Assembly (NCBI GenBank): GCA_963746775.1
Contig: CAVVCK010000001.1
Location: 211,050 to 275,049 of the forward strand
Origin: an uncultured bacterium
GTDB lineage: Bacteria; Patescibacteriota; JABMPQ01; CAVVCK01
Direction of reading: 5' to 3'
DNA: 64,000 bases
In this document: positions 1-10,741 of the stretch, piece after piece
How positions within the stretch are numbered: position 1 is the stretch's first letter
Layout of the letters: every line of letters starts with the position of its first letter
Made by a program: the position numbers and the translations under genes
Notes under the pieces: model-generated
Databases searched by the model: none
Told to the model about the DNA's origin: nothing
The model's input: the letters and a program-made list of their open reading frames with translations, nothing else

Positions 1-393
<393 letters not shown>

Positions 394-437
394 TTATTAG
401 TATAATTCGTATTAATTAGTATATTAGTATCGAATAC

Positions 438-728
438 TTATTTTACTATTGCTAATAAATCATCAATCCCAGCTACTAAATATTCTTCGTCTTCAATCTT
501 TATTTCGTCAGGACCATATTTTTTAAACAAGACTACATCGCCTTCCTTGACTGACATATCGGATTTATTACCATTTGATAAAGTTTTACCAAGACCAACA
601 GCAACGACTTCAGCTTTTTCTGGTTTTTCTTTCTCAGCTGTATCAGGTAAAATAATTCCTCCTTTAGTTTTTTCTTCTTTGGCAATTGGCTTTAGGATAA
701 CATTGTCTCCTAATGGTTGTAATTTCAT
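438..728 (-). CDS. groS: Co-chaperonin GroES
   Basis: MKLQPLGDNV...TKGGIILPDTAEKEKP...VVAVG signature. Confidence 0.98.
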   Translation of the reverse strand: MKLQPLGDNVILKPIAKEEKTKGGIILPDTAEKEKPEKAEVVAVGLGKTLSNGNKSDMSVKEGDVVLFKKYGPDEIKIEDEEYLVAGIDDLLAIVK

Positions 729-757
729 ATTTTTCTTTATTAATTAATGATTATTTT

Positions 758-784
758 TTAGCAATCTTTTTGTTAGACTGCCAG
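758..784 (-). promoter_or_regulatory. CIRCE-like (HrcA) operator upstream of groES
   Basis: Minus strand CTGGCAGTC-N9-GATTGCTAA versus consensus TTAGCACTC-N9-GAGTGCTAA (6/9 and 8/9); exact 9-nt spacer; lies between promoter and start codon. Confidence 0.75.
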
Positions 785-794
785 TGTATCCTAT

Positions 795-823
795 AATTTA
801 TATTATGTAAAATTTAGTGTCAA
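795..823 (-). promoter_or_regulatory. Sigma70-type promoter of groESL
   Basis: TTGACA (823-818), 17-nt spacer, TAAATT. Confidence 0.65.
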
Positions 824-832
824 TATTTTATT

Positions 833-955
833 TCCTCCTCCTTTAATAAGCTTGCCGGCCGACGAGGCAGGGAGGGATGGGGAGTGGTTCCATTTTAATT
901 TAGTAATTACTTTTTCCACGAAACCCATCCTACCTCCCCTTATTAAAGGGGAGGA
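833..955. repeat. Inverted-repeat element with CCTCCCCTT/AAGGGGAGG arms and a nested GC-rich palindrome
   Basis: Left arm TCCTCCTCCTTTAATAAG..GGAGGGATGGGG matches the reverse complement of right arm CCCATCCTACCTCCCCTTATTAAAGGGGAGGA; CTTGCCGGCCGACGAGGCAG interrupts the left arm. Confidence 0.75.
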
Positions 956-1931
956 TTATCTTTTTTAAATTCTCTTCATAAACCTTCCTAAAATAATCCC
1001 TTCTATCCTTCTCATGAAATTTCAACATTTGATCAGTTATAATTACATCCGTATCGTCACGCTGCCAGCTATCACTATTTTTCTTCATTTTTCCTTCCTG
1101 GATCTTTTTAAAATATTTTTCTACCAAATCACCTATTTTCGTATTTAAAATAGCTTCAAGTGATTTTCTTAGGATATCAAAGATAAATATTTTATCAACC
1201 TTTCTTTCTAATAAATTAGGATTATATTTTATAAAATTAGGAACGTACTTTCGAACCCATTCATTTTCTTCAATAAATTGGCCATATGCACCCCTATCCA
1301 AAAGAGGATAAATAAAAGTAACCCAATAACAAAGCATGGGATCATATGGCTTCTTAGCTAACCATTCTAAATTTAAACTTTTATCAGTTACATAAAAAGA
1401 TAAACAAATTTTATTAGCAATATTACTTTTATGCCGCCACTGACCCAATAAGAAAACTAGAGCTGTTATAAAAAATCTCGTCTGCCACATCCGACCATCT
1501 TTTATAATTACAAAAACATCAATATCACTATCTTCTTTGATATCATTTAAAACTAAGGTATTGCAAGCCGCAAACATTTTAATATTAGGTATAATTTGCA
1601 ATATCGACGCAATTCTTCTTAATTTCTTCCATCTATCTTTCGCTAAATTATGTCTTTTTTTTCTTAGCTCAACTAGCTTTTCATTGCCTTTTAAATAATA
1701 AAATCCATTTTTGCATCCTATTATTTTCTTTAAGCTTTTACTTTCGTCTAAAGCTTTTTGAATATCAGATAGTTTTATATTCCAATCTTTGATCTTCGAT
1801 TCTTGATCTCTTGCATAAAGCCACTTATAAATCTCCATTAATGTTAATGGATATTTATGTACACTAAAATAAGCTAGAGTAGAAATGATAGCTTCCTCCA
1901 GATCATTTAACTTATCTAAAAATTGAGGCAT
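930..1931 (-). CDS. Conserved hypothetical protein with a Pol-beta-like nucleotidyltransferase motif
   Basis: ACNTLVL...EDSDIDVFVI (hG[GS]-like and DxD motifs); N-terminal YPLTLMEI helical region; C-terminal LKFH motif. Confidence 0.6.
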   Translation of the reverse strand: MPQFLDKLNDLEEAIISTLAYFSVHKYPLTLMEIYKWLYARDQESKIKDWNIKLSDIQKALDESKSLKKIIGCKNGFYYLKGNEKLVELRKKRHNLAKDRWKKLRRIASILQIIPNIKMFAACNTLVLNDIKEDSDIDVFVIIKDGRMWQTRFFITALVFLLGQWRHKSNIANKICLSFYVTDKSLNLEWLAKKPYDPMLCYWVTFIYPLLDRGAYGQFIEENEWVRKYVPNFIKYNPNLLERKVDKIFIFDILRKSLEAILNTKIGDLVEKYFKKIQEGKMKKNSDSWQRDDTDVIITDQMLKFHEKDRRDYFRKVYEENLKKIILPFNKGR

Positions 1932-1937
1932 ATAAAT

Positions 1938-3674
1938 CTAATTACAAATATCTTCTTCGGGAAATTTTTCACAAATTAATTCTTCAAGATTATCTATTTC
2001 TCCTTGCTGTTCTTTAATAACTTCTAATAAATATATTGCTACCCGATCATATTTTACACCATTAGGTAAATTATTCTCATCCATTACTACTAGGTCTGGT
2101 ATTATTTCATTTACATCTTCGGCAATCAAACCTATATCTTGGCGACCCGAATTTTTATATTTAAAGCTTACTGGATTTAATTCTAATACTTTAGCTGTTT
2201 CTACTTCTAAATCCTTAATATCTTCTTTGTAGCGCCTAGATGAAGTTACTTCTACTAAATTATTACCATCTATTTGAATATCATTTCCCGATCCATTCGG
2301 TAAATTTTCAATTGTAAAATCTCCATCCAATACTGCTAACTCAACTAGAAAGTCTCCTCCCACAAAATGGCCACTTCTAGCCACACTATTAGATACTTCG
2401 CCATATACAGCTTCGCCAAAGTTACCATTAGCTTCAAAATATCCACCAAAACGATCATCATTGCTACCAGTATTACTAGCATAACCATAAACACCTATAC
2501 CATCGTCACCAGCTGCTTCAAAATAACCTCCGTAATTTAATCCTACTGTTCCAGCGGCGCTACCATATACACCTCTTCCATTGGTACCATTAGCTGAAAA
2601 CCATCCTCCATACTTTGTGCTACCACCACTATCAGAGGCCTGAGATCTGACACCTATGCCAGTACTACCGCTTGCACTAAAATATCCCCCCCAATTTTGA
2701 CCAGAGCTATTAGTCGCAATTCCGTATACACCAACACCTCCACTTGCTGAAGCTATGCCATATAGAGCTCTGCCATTACTCCCAGAATTTGCTGCATATA
2801 GGGTATTACCACTTACAACAGCATCTGACACAACAATTTGATCACTGACAGTTAGGGCACCTGTCATAGTATCACCACTAGCATCAACATAATCTGTATC
2901 CAAGTCGCTACTAGTTACAGTCCCATTCTCTATTTTAGCTGAAGTAATTGCATTATTAGCTATTAAAGAATTAGATATACCGCCATCAGTTACCCTTAAA
3001 GTAACATCACCTTCATCTCCACCACCGCTAAGTCCGGTACCAGCTGAAACACCAGTGATATCTCCTATAGTAATTGTATTATCTCCAGAATCATTATTAC
3101 TATCATCACTACTACTAGATCCCACCGTCACCCATTCTAACTCACTACCGTTGTAGGATAGTATTTGATTAGAAGTGCCGGCGTTAGAAGTGGCTATATT
3201 ATCATAGTGAACTATGTCTGATCCTAATAAATTGCCTACAGTCAAGTTTCCTGAAAAATAGCCGTCTCTAAATCTATAAGTATCTTTACCAATATCATTA
3301 GAAGCATCTAATCCTGGATAAATATGATCTCCTATCTTCAAAGCTCTTTCATCACTATAGCCCAAAGATGGTCCTCCGAATAAATAGCCGTCTATTCTAA
3401 CATTATCTCCAAAAGTTACAGGCATATCTGCTCCCGTATCAACATTAGTGGTATTGTTAATGATAGTACCATTAAAGAAGGTAACACCACCTGCGCCTTG
3501 TTTACCAACGTAAATAGAATCAAATCTGGCAGTATTATTAACTACCAACTCATCATTATAATTAACAATGGAAGCGGGTTGAAGAATTTTTACATCATCA
3601 GCTAATACCGGCTTAGACAACAAAAAAACACTAAACACAAAAGCAAACGATATAAGTTTACAATATTTCAACAT
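1938..3674 (-). CDS. Secreted fibre-like protein with C-terminal Peptidase S74 (intramolecular chaperone) domain; paralogue 1
   Basis: Signal peptide ending VLA; GVYG/GGYF repeats; C-terminal SSRRYKEDIKDL..LNPVSFKYK..IGLIAEDV..PDLV..GVKYD followed by a coiled coil. Confidence 0.8.
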   Translation of the reverse strand: MLKYCKLISFAFVFSVFLLSKPVLADDVKILQPASIVNYNDELVVNNTARFDSIYVGKQGAGGVTFFNGTIINNTTNVDTGADMPVTFGDNVRIDGYLFGGPSLGYSDERALKIGDHIYPGLDASNDIGKDTYRFRDGYFSGNLTVGNLLGSDIVHYDNIATSNAGTSNQILSYNGSELEWVTVGSSSSDDSNNDSGDNTITIGDITGVSAGTGLSGGGDEGDVTLRVTDGGISNSLIANNAITSAKIENGTVTSSDLDTDYVDASGDTMTGALTVSDQIVVSDAVVSGNTLYAANSGSNGRALYGIASASGGVGVYGIATNSSGQNWGGYFSASGSTGIGVRSQASDSGGSTKYGGWFSANGTNGRGVYGSAAGTVGLNYGGYFEAAGDDGIGVYGYASNTGSNDDRFGGYFEANGNFGEAVYGEVSNSVARSGHFVGGDFLVELAVLDGDFTIENLPNGSGNDIQIDGNNLVEVTSSRRYKEDIKDLEVETAKVLELNPVSFKYKNSGRQDIGLIAEDVNEIIPDLVVMDENNLPNGVKYDRVAIYLLEVIKEQQGEIDNLEELICEKFPEEDICN

Positions 3675-3707
3675 TTTTATTTTATTTTACTTATATTATA
3701 GCCTATT

Positions 3708-6557
3708 TTATCTTTTATTAAAATATTTTTTCAAGTATTCTCCCGTATAACTTCCCTTAACTTTAGTAATATCTCTCGGCGTCCCTTCCGCTACCAAATA
3801 GCCTCCTTTATCTCCACCCTCCGGCCCTAAATCAATTATCCAATCAGCACATTTTATTACATCTAAATTATGTTCGATAATTAAAACTGTATTTTTCATA
3901 TCGGCTAATTTATTCAAAACATTTAGCAATCTTTTTACATCATCAAAATGTAGGCCAGTTGTCGGTTCATCTAAAATGTATAATGTTTTGCCCGTAGCTC
4001 TTTTGGATAGTTCGGAAGCGAGCTTTATTCTCTGCGCCTCTCCGCCCGATAACGTCGTTGCTGGTTGTCCTAATTGTATATAGCCTAGCCCCACTTCGGA
4101 TAGAGTCTTTAATTTTTGCTTTAGAGCTGGGATATTGGCAAAAAAGGTTAAAGCCTCATCTACTGTCATATTAAGCACTTCTGATATATCTTTATTTTTA
4201 TAATGGATTTCTAGAGCTTGTTTATTATATCTCTTGCCCTGGCATTCTTCACATTTTACATATATATCTGGCAAAAAATGCATCTCAATTAATACTTGCC
4301 CTTCTCCCTGGCAAGCTTCACATCTACCGCCTTTAACATTAAAACTAAACCTGCCCGGCTTATAACCTCTAATTCTAGCTTCTTGTGTTGCAGCAAATAA
4401 ATCTCTTATGTAGGTAAATATTCCCGTATAAGTAGCAGGATTAGAACGAGGAGTGCGGCCAATAGGAGATTGATCTATGCGCACTACTTTATCAATATTT
4501 TCAAAACCCTTTATTTCTTTGTACTTACCCGGCCTAGACTTCGCTCTATAAAATTTCTCAGCCAAAGCTTTACCTAATATATCATCCATTAAGGTACTCT
4601 TGCCCGAACCAGATACTCCTGTAATGCAAACAAACTTACCAAGTGGAATTGAAACATTTATATTTTTTAAATTAAATTCCGAAGCACCAATTATTTTCAA
4701 AGATTTTCCATTACCAGACCGAAATTTCTTAGGCACGCTAATCTTTTCCCTACCCGAAAGATAAGCGCCCGTTAAAGATTTTTTGGATTTTTTAATAGCT
4801 AATATTTTCCCCTGAGCTATAACTTCACCGCCAAATTTACCAGCCCTGGGTCCGATATCTATCACTTCATCAGCAGCTTCCATCATGCTCTCATCGTGTT
4901 CAACCACAATTACTGTATTACCTAGGTCCCTTAAATTCTGTAATGTTTTAATCAACCTGTTATTATCTCTTTGGTGTAAACCAATTGATGGCTCGTCTAA
5001 TATATATATTACTCCAGATAATCCCGAACCAATTTGGGTAGCCAACCTTATCCTTTGAGATTCTCCACCAGACAAAGTCGCTGAGGACCTGTCTAACGTT
5101 ATATATTCTAAACCTACATTTTTAAGAAAACTTATCCTTTCCCTAATTTCTTTTATAATTTGTTCGGCAATTTTTAGTTCTGTTTTATTTAAATTATCTT
5201 TAGTACCTAATTTATTGAAAAAATCCAGAGATTTCTCTACACTCATAGCTCCCACTTCAGATATTGATTTGTCCAAAACTTTTACCGCTAAAGCCTGAGG
5301 GCTTAGCCTTTGACCATGGCAAGCAGGACATTTTTCTATTCTCATATACTTTTCTATTTCTGATCTGATATAGTCCGAATCTGTTTCTTTATATCTTCGC
5401 TCTAAATTTTTTACAATCCCTTCAAATGAAGTTCTGAATTGTGATACCTTTCCACTACCCGTAAAATTCTCCACCATGTAAATATTATTTCCCGTACCAT
5501 TTAATATTTTATCTAAATCTTCCTCTTTCAAATCTTTAATAGGGGTATTAAGTGAAAAATTATTTTCACGAGCTACAGCTTCCAATATCCTATAATACCA
5601 AGTCTGCCTGCCACTAGATGACGACCATGGGCGAATTGCACCTTCAGCTATGGTTAACCTCTTATTAGGAATAATTAAATCTGGATCAATCTTCAGCCTA
5701 TTACCTAACCCTTGGCACTCTGGACAAGCGCCATGAGGAGAATTAAAAGAAAAGTTTCTGGGATTTAATTCTCGAAAACTAATTTTACATTTTGGACAAG
5801 CAAAAAGTTCAGAAAACAGTATTTCCTTATCTTCTTCTAATAAGTAGACCATAACTACTCCATTACCTAATTCTAAGGCCGTCTCTAGAGAATCAGCCAA
5901 TCTTGATTTAATATCTTTCTCAATTACTAATCTATCAACTACCACATCTATAGAATGTTTTTTCTTTTTATCTAAATCCAAATCTTCTGCCTCTTCAATC
6001 GGATAAATTTTACCATCTATGCGAACTCTGACATAACTAGCCTTTCTTATCTCTTCTAAAACGTGACGATGTTCTCCTTTTTTATCTTGAATAATAGGGG
6101 AGAGTAAATTAATTTTAGTCCCTTTTTTTATTTCTAATATTTGATTCAAAATTTGATTGATGGTTTGTTTTTGAATTTTCTGCCCGCAGCGAGGACAATG
6201 AGGCTGACCAATACGCGCAAAGAGAAGCCTTAAGTAATCATATATTTCCGTAATAGTCCCTACTGTCGATCTTGGGTTTTTGGTTACACTTTTTTGATCA
6301 ATAGAAATAGCTGGTGAGAGCCCCTCTATCTTATCTACATCAGGCTTCTCCATTACTCCCAAGAATTGCCTGGCATAAGAAGATAGGCTTTCTACATAGC
6401 GTCTCTGCCCTTCCGCGTAAATAGTATCAAAAGCCAGTGATGATTTGCCTGAACCAGATAGTCCAGTTATTACTATTAATTTATTCTTAGGGATCTTGAT
6501 ATCAATATTTTTGAGATTATGAACCCTGGCGCCCTTAATGGTTATATAATCAGTCAT
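3708..6557 (-). CDS. uvrA: Excinuclease ABC subunit A
   Basis: [19 protein letters not shown], zinc-finger CxxC pairs, two LSGGE signatures. Confidence 0.99.
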   Translation of the reverse strand: MTDYITIKGARVHNLKNIDIKIPKNKLIVITGLSGSGKSSLAFDTIYAEGQRRYVESLSSYARQFLGVMEKPDVDKIEGLSPAISIDQKSVTKNPRSTVGTITEIYDYLRLLFARIGQPHCPRCGQKIQKQTINQILNQILEIKKGTKINLLSPIIQDKKGEHRHVLEEIRKASYVRVRIDGKIYPIEEAEDLDLDKKKKHSIDVVVDRLVIEKDIKSRLADSLETALELGNGVVMVYLLEEDKEILFSELFACPKCKISFRELNPRNFSFNSPHGACPECQGLGNRLKIDPDLIIPNKRLTIAEGAIRPWSSSSGRQTWYYRILEAVARENNFSLNTPIKDLKEEDLDKILNGTGNNIYMVENFTGSGKVSQFRTSFEGIVKNLERRYKETDSDYIRSEIEKYMRIEKCPACHGQRLSPQALAVKVLDKSISEVGAMSVEKSLDFFNKLGTKDNLNKTELKIAEQIIKEIRERISFLKNVGLEYITLDRSSATLSGGESQRIRLATQIGSGLSGVIYILDEPSIGLHQRDNNRLIKTLQNLRDLGNTVIVVEHDESMMEAADEVIDIGPRAGKFGGEVIAQGKILAIKKSKKSLTGAYLSGREKISVPKKFRSGNGKSLKIIGASEFNLKNINVSIPLGKFVCITGVSGSGKSTLMDDILGKALAEKFYRAKSRPGKYKEIKGFENIDKVVRIDQSPIGRTPRSNPATYTGIFTYIRDLFAATQEARIRGYKPGRFSFNVKGGRCEACQGEGQVLIEMHFLPDIYVKCEECQGKRYNKQALEIHYKNKDISEVLNMTVDEALTFFANIPALKQKLKTLSEVGLGYIQLGQPATTLSGGEAQRIKLASELSKRATGKTLYILDEPTTGLHFDDVKRLLNVLNKLADMKNTVLIIEHNLDVIKCADWIIDLGPEGGDKGGYLVAEGTPRDITKVKGSYTGEYLKKYFNKR

Positions 6558-6582
6558 TTTATATTTTTTAAATAGAAATTAA

Positions 6583-6650
6583 TAATTAGGCATTAGGCAT
6601 TAATATTATTAGATTATTTTTTCTCATAACTAATATTCGATGTCTAATAT
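6583..6650. repeat. Heptamer-arm imperfect hairpin upstream of uvrA
   Basis: ATTAGGC-ATTAGGC-ATTAATATTA pairs with CTAATATTCGATGTCTAAT. Confidence 0.5.
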
Positions 6651-6698
6651 ATTTTGTTATTTAAGTATTATACTACCAATTTTAATTCAAAACAACCT

Positions 6699-6723
6699 AA
6701 AAAGAGCTTTAAAAGCTCTTTTT
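6699..6723. terminator. Intrinsic terminator hairpin
   Basis: AAAAAGAGCTTT-A-AAAGCTCTTTTT downstream of 6769..7482. Confidence 0.75.
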
Positions 6724-6768
6724 ATTTTTTTTATTCAATTTTAAATCTTACATTATAAATTATACGTC

Positions 6769-7482
6769 CTACTCAGCCTTAAAAGATTGAATTAATTGAT
6801 CGAATACTCCATCATCCTGGTGCTTATTATAGACATCAGTCATTTCCACAAATGAATCATTTAAAACAAAAACACCAACAGTCGAAGAAGTATAGCCAAT
6901 TAAATCCTTAAATAAATATAATGTGTTGCTGCCTTCTTCTTTTTTTTCAAATCCGCCAGAGGCATCTTCAAATAAATTTATATCATTTAAACCATCATAA
7001 TATCTCTCAATGGGAACTTTATTGTCATTTTCTTTATAGGCAATAATAATATCTCCCTGGTATTCAGCAACAATAGCTTGACCTTTTGGCCCAAAAGAAA
7101 ATTTATTTTCTTCCTCTAATTGATTAGCCTGCCAAGTATCTGGATATGTAAAAGATACACTCTGACCAGCTAAAATAGTTTTATATATATTTATATTTTT
7201 TTGATTCTCTTGATCTGTTTCTGCTTCACTGCTTTTTTCATCCTTCGTAACATCCGCTACGTTAATTTCCTGATCTATTATTTCATTTTTTTTATTAACT
7301 GCTGCAATTTCACTATTATTATCTTTTTCTTCACTATTTTTTACTTCCGCTACTGGAGAAGTTTCTTCTTTAATTTTATTATTTTGTATCACATTATAAA
7401 CTATTACAACAACAAAACTTACAAAAATCAGCAAGGCTATCATTTTTATAGTTTTATATTTTCTTTTTTTTCTTCTAGACAT
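6769..7482 (-). CDS. Membrane-anchored extracytoplasmic hypothetical protein (possibly PsbP-like fold)
   Basis: Basic N-terminus, one TM helix, SFTYPDTW motif, C-terminal FDQLIQSFK. Confidence 0.55.
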   Translation of the reverse strand: MSRRKKRKYKTIKMIALLIFVSFVVVIVYNVIQNNKIKEETSPVAEVKNSEEKDNNSEIAAVNKKNEIIDQEINVADVTKDEKSSEAETDQENQKNINIYKTILAGQSVSFTYPDTWQANQLEEENKFSFGPKGQAIVAEYQGDIIIAYKENDNKVPIERYYDGLNDINLFEDASGGFEKKEEGSNTLYLFKDLIGYTSSTVGVFVLNDSFVEMTDVYNKHQDDGVFDQLIQSFKAE

Positions 7483-7500
7483 TTTATTTTATATTAAGAA

Positions 7501-8568
7501 TTATTCCTCTCCTTTATTATTTAAAAGTAATTTTAAATATTTAGGATCATTAGCATAAAGAATAGCGTTTTCTTCTGTTATCTCGTTATTTTTAACTAAA
7601 TCCAATAAAGATCTTTCTAATATTATCATACCTTCTTTGACGCTTGTCTGCATAACATTTTCTATCTGATAGGTTTTTTCTTCTCTAATTAAATTTCTTA
7701 TGGCTGGTGAGCTTTTTAAAATTTCACAAGCTACGATTCTACCACCTTTGATTCGCGGAAGAAGCCTCTGTGAGACCACTCCTAATAAAGTGCTCGCCAA
7801 TTGATATCTAATTTGCTTCTGTTGATGTGGAGGAAAAATATCAATCATACGATCCAAAGTTTGGGAAGCATTATTAGTATGCAGAGTAGACATAACCAAA
7901 TGACCAGTTTCAGCTAATGTAATTGCGGTTGAAACTGTTTCCAGATCCCTCATTTCCCCAACAAAGATAACATCTGGATCCTGCCTCAGAGCTGAGCGAA
8001 GCGCCTTTGGAAAAGATTTGGTGTCATTGTGCAACTCTCTTTGGTTTATTAAGCATTTGTCGGGTTTAAAGGTATATTCTATGGGATCTTCTATGGTAAT
8101 TAAGTGTTCTGCTCTGGTGTGATTAATAATATCTATTAAAGCAGCTAGAGTTGTTGTTTTACCATGACCGGTTGGACCTACCATTAATAGTAGTCCTTGC
8201 TTAGCTCTAGTGAAATCTGCTAACTGAAGAGGCAAATTTAACTCTTTTAGTGTTTTAATTTTCATTGGCAAAAAACGAAAAGCGCCACACATTGTTCCTT
8301 TTTGAAAATAAATATTGATTCTAAATCTGCCAATCTCCCCAAAAGCATAAGAGAGATCTATTTCTTTTTCTTGGTAAAGCTTTTCTTTCTGATCACTATT
8401 TAAGATTGATAGAACCATCTCCTCTACTTCCCTTGCACTTAATTTTTTTTCTTTATAGGAAGTTAATTTTCCATCAAAACGAAAAATAGGAGGCTCATCC
8501 GCTGTTAAATGCAAATCGGAAGCATTTTTATCTATAGCATGTTTTAGCAATTCATCTATTTTCATCAT
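7501..8568 (-). CDS. pilT: Type IV pilus retraction ATPase PilT
   Basis: ASDLHL, GPTGHGKTTT, ITIEDPIE, ALRQDPDVIFVGEMRD, TGHLVMSTLHT, AIRNLIRE. Confidence 0.95.
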   Translation of the reverse strand: MMKIDELLKHAIDKNASDLHLTADEPPIFRFDGKLTSYKEKKLSAREVEEMVLSILNSDQKEKLYQEKEIDLSYAFGEIGRFRINIYFQKGTMCGAFRFLPMKIKTLKELNLPLQLADFTRAKQGLLLMVGPTGHGKTTTLAALIDIINHTRAEHLITIEDPIEYTFKPDKCLINQRELHNDTKSFPKALRSALRQDPDVIFVGEMRDLETVSTAITLAETGHLVMSTLHTNNASQTLDRMIDIFPPHQQKQIRYQLASTLLGVVSQRLLPRIKGGRIVACEILKSSPAIRNLIREEKTYQIENVMQTSVKEGMIILERSLLDLVKNNEITEENAILYANDPKYLKLLLNNKGEE

Positions 8569-8579
8569 ATTTTTTATTT

Positions 8580-8675
8580 ACTACGTACGAAAGCCTCTAA
8601 TATTATAATGGTCAAAGGCTTAAAAAAATTTTAATAAAATTATTTACTACACACAAAATACCTTTCGTATGCAGT
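8580..8675. repeat. ACYACGTACG terminal-inverted-repeat element, copy 1 (degenerate)
   Basis: ACTACGTACGAAAG (8580) ... CTTTCGTATGCAGT (8675), 12/14 complementary. Confidence 0.65.
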
Positions 8676-8710
8676 TTATTTATCTTGTTAATTTTAGCAA
8701 ATTTTAAGGT

Positions 8711-9178
8711 TTAATTCAATAAATTAAGTTCTTCTAGAATTTGCCAAATAATATTTTCTGAAAAACCTTTTCTATTTAAATATTGACCTATTTTAGTAAT
8801 CTTATCTTTTTTCGTCTTACTTTTAATCATTCTTTCTTTTGCTTTGGCTAATTTATAAGCAAGTTTTATTTCCTCCTTTTCAGAAAAATTTTTCTTTAAT
8901 GTTTTTTCTACTAAATCTTGATCTAATCCTTTCTTAACCATTTTATTTTTACACAGAATCCTTCCTACTGGCCTATATTTAATTTGATTTTCTAAAAACA
9001 TTTCAGCATACTCTTTATCTGACAAAAGTTTATGTTTTAGAAAAAAATTTACTGTTTTATCTATTATTTCATCGTTATATCCTTTTTTAGCTAATTTATT
9101 TTTTATTTCTAAAACAGTCCGTGGATATTGAGATAAAAGTTTTGTGACGAAACTGCAGGCATTTTTAAAATGATCCAT
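8711..9178 (-). CDS. recX: Regulatory protein RecX
   Basis: LSQYPRTVLEIKNKL, LLSDKEYAE, RPVG..., YLNRKGFS helical repeats. Confidence 0.85.
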   Translation of the reverse strand: MDHFKNACSFVTKLLSQYPRTVLEIKNKLAKKGYNDEIIDKTVNFFLKHKLLSDKEYAEMFLENQIKYRPVGRILCKNKMVKKGLDQDLVEKTLKKNFSEKEEIKLAYKLAKAKERMIKSKTKKDKITKIGQYLNRKGFSENIIWQILEELNLLN

Positions 9179-9194
9179 AATAAAATTATGATTT

Positions 9195-9488
9195 CTACTT
9201 AAAAGGATTTTTTACCTGCTCAATTTCTGAAATTATATCTTGATTAACTTCTTTTCTTTTATTTAACTTTTCTAGCACCCCTTGGTCTACTTTGATTCTA
9301 ACATATTTATAATCTTTATTATCTACAGAAAGATTACTGGGACTAAGTACGGCTATATAAAAAATAACTGATACAAAAATAGCATTAGCTAGCGTTACAA
9401 ATAAAATAATTACTACCGCAGCTTGATCTAATTGGTCTTTGAAGTATGAAACTATTTTTGATTTTATATTTCTAATATCAATTTTCAT
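9195..9488 (-). CDS. Single-TM hypothetical protein following pilO (PilP-position protein)
   Basis: One TM helix; C-terminal KNPF motif; synteny. Confidence 0.5.
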   Translation of the reverse strand: MKIDIRNIKSKIVSYFKDQLDQAAVVIILFVTLANAIFVSVIFYIAVLSPSNLSVDNKDYKYVRIKVDQGVLEKLNKRKEVNQDIISEIEQVKNPFK

Positions 9489-9541
9489 TAACTTTAATTA
9501 TTTAACTATTAATTTTTTATTTAAAAAATTTGAATACACTT

Positions 9542-10174
9542 TCACCGAGTAAAAGCTCTAATTTCTAAAGTAGTCTTAACTATTTCTGCATTTGATAATT
9601 CCTCTTCTCCAAAAGGCTTAGTGCCCGATACAGGACTAGCGCTATTTGATTTTATTTCCATAGACACAACATCAGTATATACGCCTACACTTTCGAGCTC
9701 AGCTAAATATAAAAGAAGATTTTTGTAACTTCCCTGCAATTTTACCCTAAAACGTAGAGAGTTAATACTTTCTAAAGGATCCCTAATAGATTCTGTCTTA
9801 GAGTCTGTATTTCCATCTTTTTTATTTTTACTGCTCTCCTCTAATGTATTAATTACTTCTATTGTCTGGCTATTTGAAGTTTTTTCAGCTATATTTTCTA
9901 ATAAAACAATAAATTCTAGACCATTCTCTTTTGAAATTAAAGCTTTAGATAAATTATTCAAAGTTGATTTTGCTTCCTCTTCATCTTCTTTTAACTTTTT
10001 AAAATTATCTTTTTTTAAATCAAAATCTGCTATACCTGATTTTTGCTTTTTTATATCATCCGATAAAGCAAAAATATCCTTAACATAAGGGGCAATCACC
10101 AATACACCAAATACTACCAGTCCGAGACAAGTTGAAATAGTAATCAGGTAGATATTTTTTTTATTTGATATCAT
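9542..10174 (-). CDS. pilO: Type IV pilus alignment protein PilO-like
   Basis: N-terminal TM, coiled coil, LQGSYKNLLLYLAELE; follows pilN. Confidence 0.75.
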   Translation of the reverse strand: MISNKKNIYLITISTCLGLVVFGVLVIAPYVKDIFALSDDIKKQKSGIADFDLKKDNFKKLKEDEEEAKSTLNNLSKALISKENGLEFIVLLENIAEKTSNSQTIEVINTLEESSKNKKDGNTDSKTESIRDPLESINSLRFRVKLQGSYKNLLLYLAELESVGVYTDVVSMEIKSNSASPVSGTKPFGEEELSNAEIVKTTLEIRAFTR

Positions 10175-10180
10175 TATTTT

Positions 10181-10741
10181 TTAATCCTGGCTTATTAAAT
10201 ACTGGCTATTTAAATTAGTTGTTATCTCAAAGGGAATATTTCCCTGGCTTATTAAATAGTCAGATGGTAAATCAATATTTCTAAAATACTTGAATTTATT
10301 TAGTGCTTCTATATATTGTAATAACTGATCACGTTCTTCCGCTTTGCCAGTAATCTTAACTTCATTTTTTTCTTTGTTTAAAATCACATCACTAATAACA
10401 ATTCTATCGGGAGTAATAGCTGTTAAATCTAATAAGATATTTGACCACAAAACTCTATTCTTCTGGATTTTATCAATATTAATAAACATTACATTAGCAT
10501 TTTTAATAGTTGTTTCTATCTCTTGATTTTTATCTGAATCAAAATAGTTTTCAAAAGCTTTGTTCTGATCTTCTAAAGATTCCAAATTATTAGTAAGTAA
10601 CCTTTTAGTCGCAAATAAAAGTTCATAAGTAAGTCCCAATATTATAAAAGATAGGATAAACATGCCAACCACAGAAATACTGGCTTTTTTAGTTTCTATT
10701 TTTGTCTTTAATTGTTTAGGTATCAAATTTAGTGTTATCAT
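10181..10741 (-). CDS. pilN: Type IV pilus alignment protein PilN-like
   Basis: MITLNLIP (INLLP-type PilM-binding motif), TM helix, WSNIL..L...TP, ITGKA. Confidence 0.85.
   Translation of the reverse strand: MITLNLIPKQLKTKIETKKASISVVGMFILSFIILGLTYELLFATKRLLTNNLESLEDQNKAFENYFDSDKNQEIETTIKNANVMFINIDKIQKNRVLWSNILLDLTAITPDRIVISDVILNKEKNEVKITGKAEERDQLLQYIEALNKFKYFRNIDLPSDYLISQGNIPFEITTNLNSQYLISQD

Noticed and set aside
1938-3674. Prophage tail fibre gene
   Set aside because: It has a Sec signal peptide and chromosomal paralogues, and no capsid, terminase or integrase gene is nearby.
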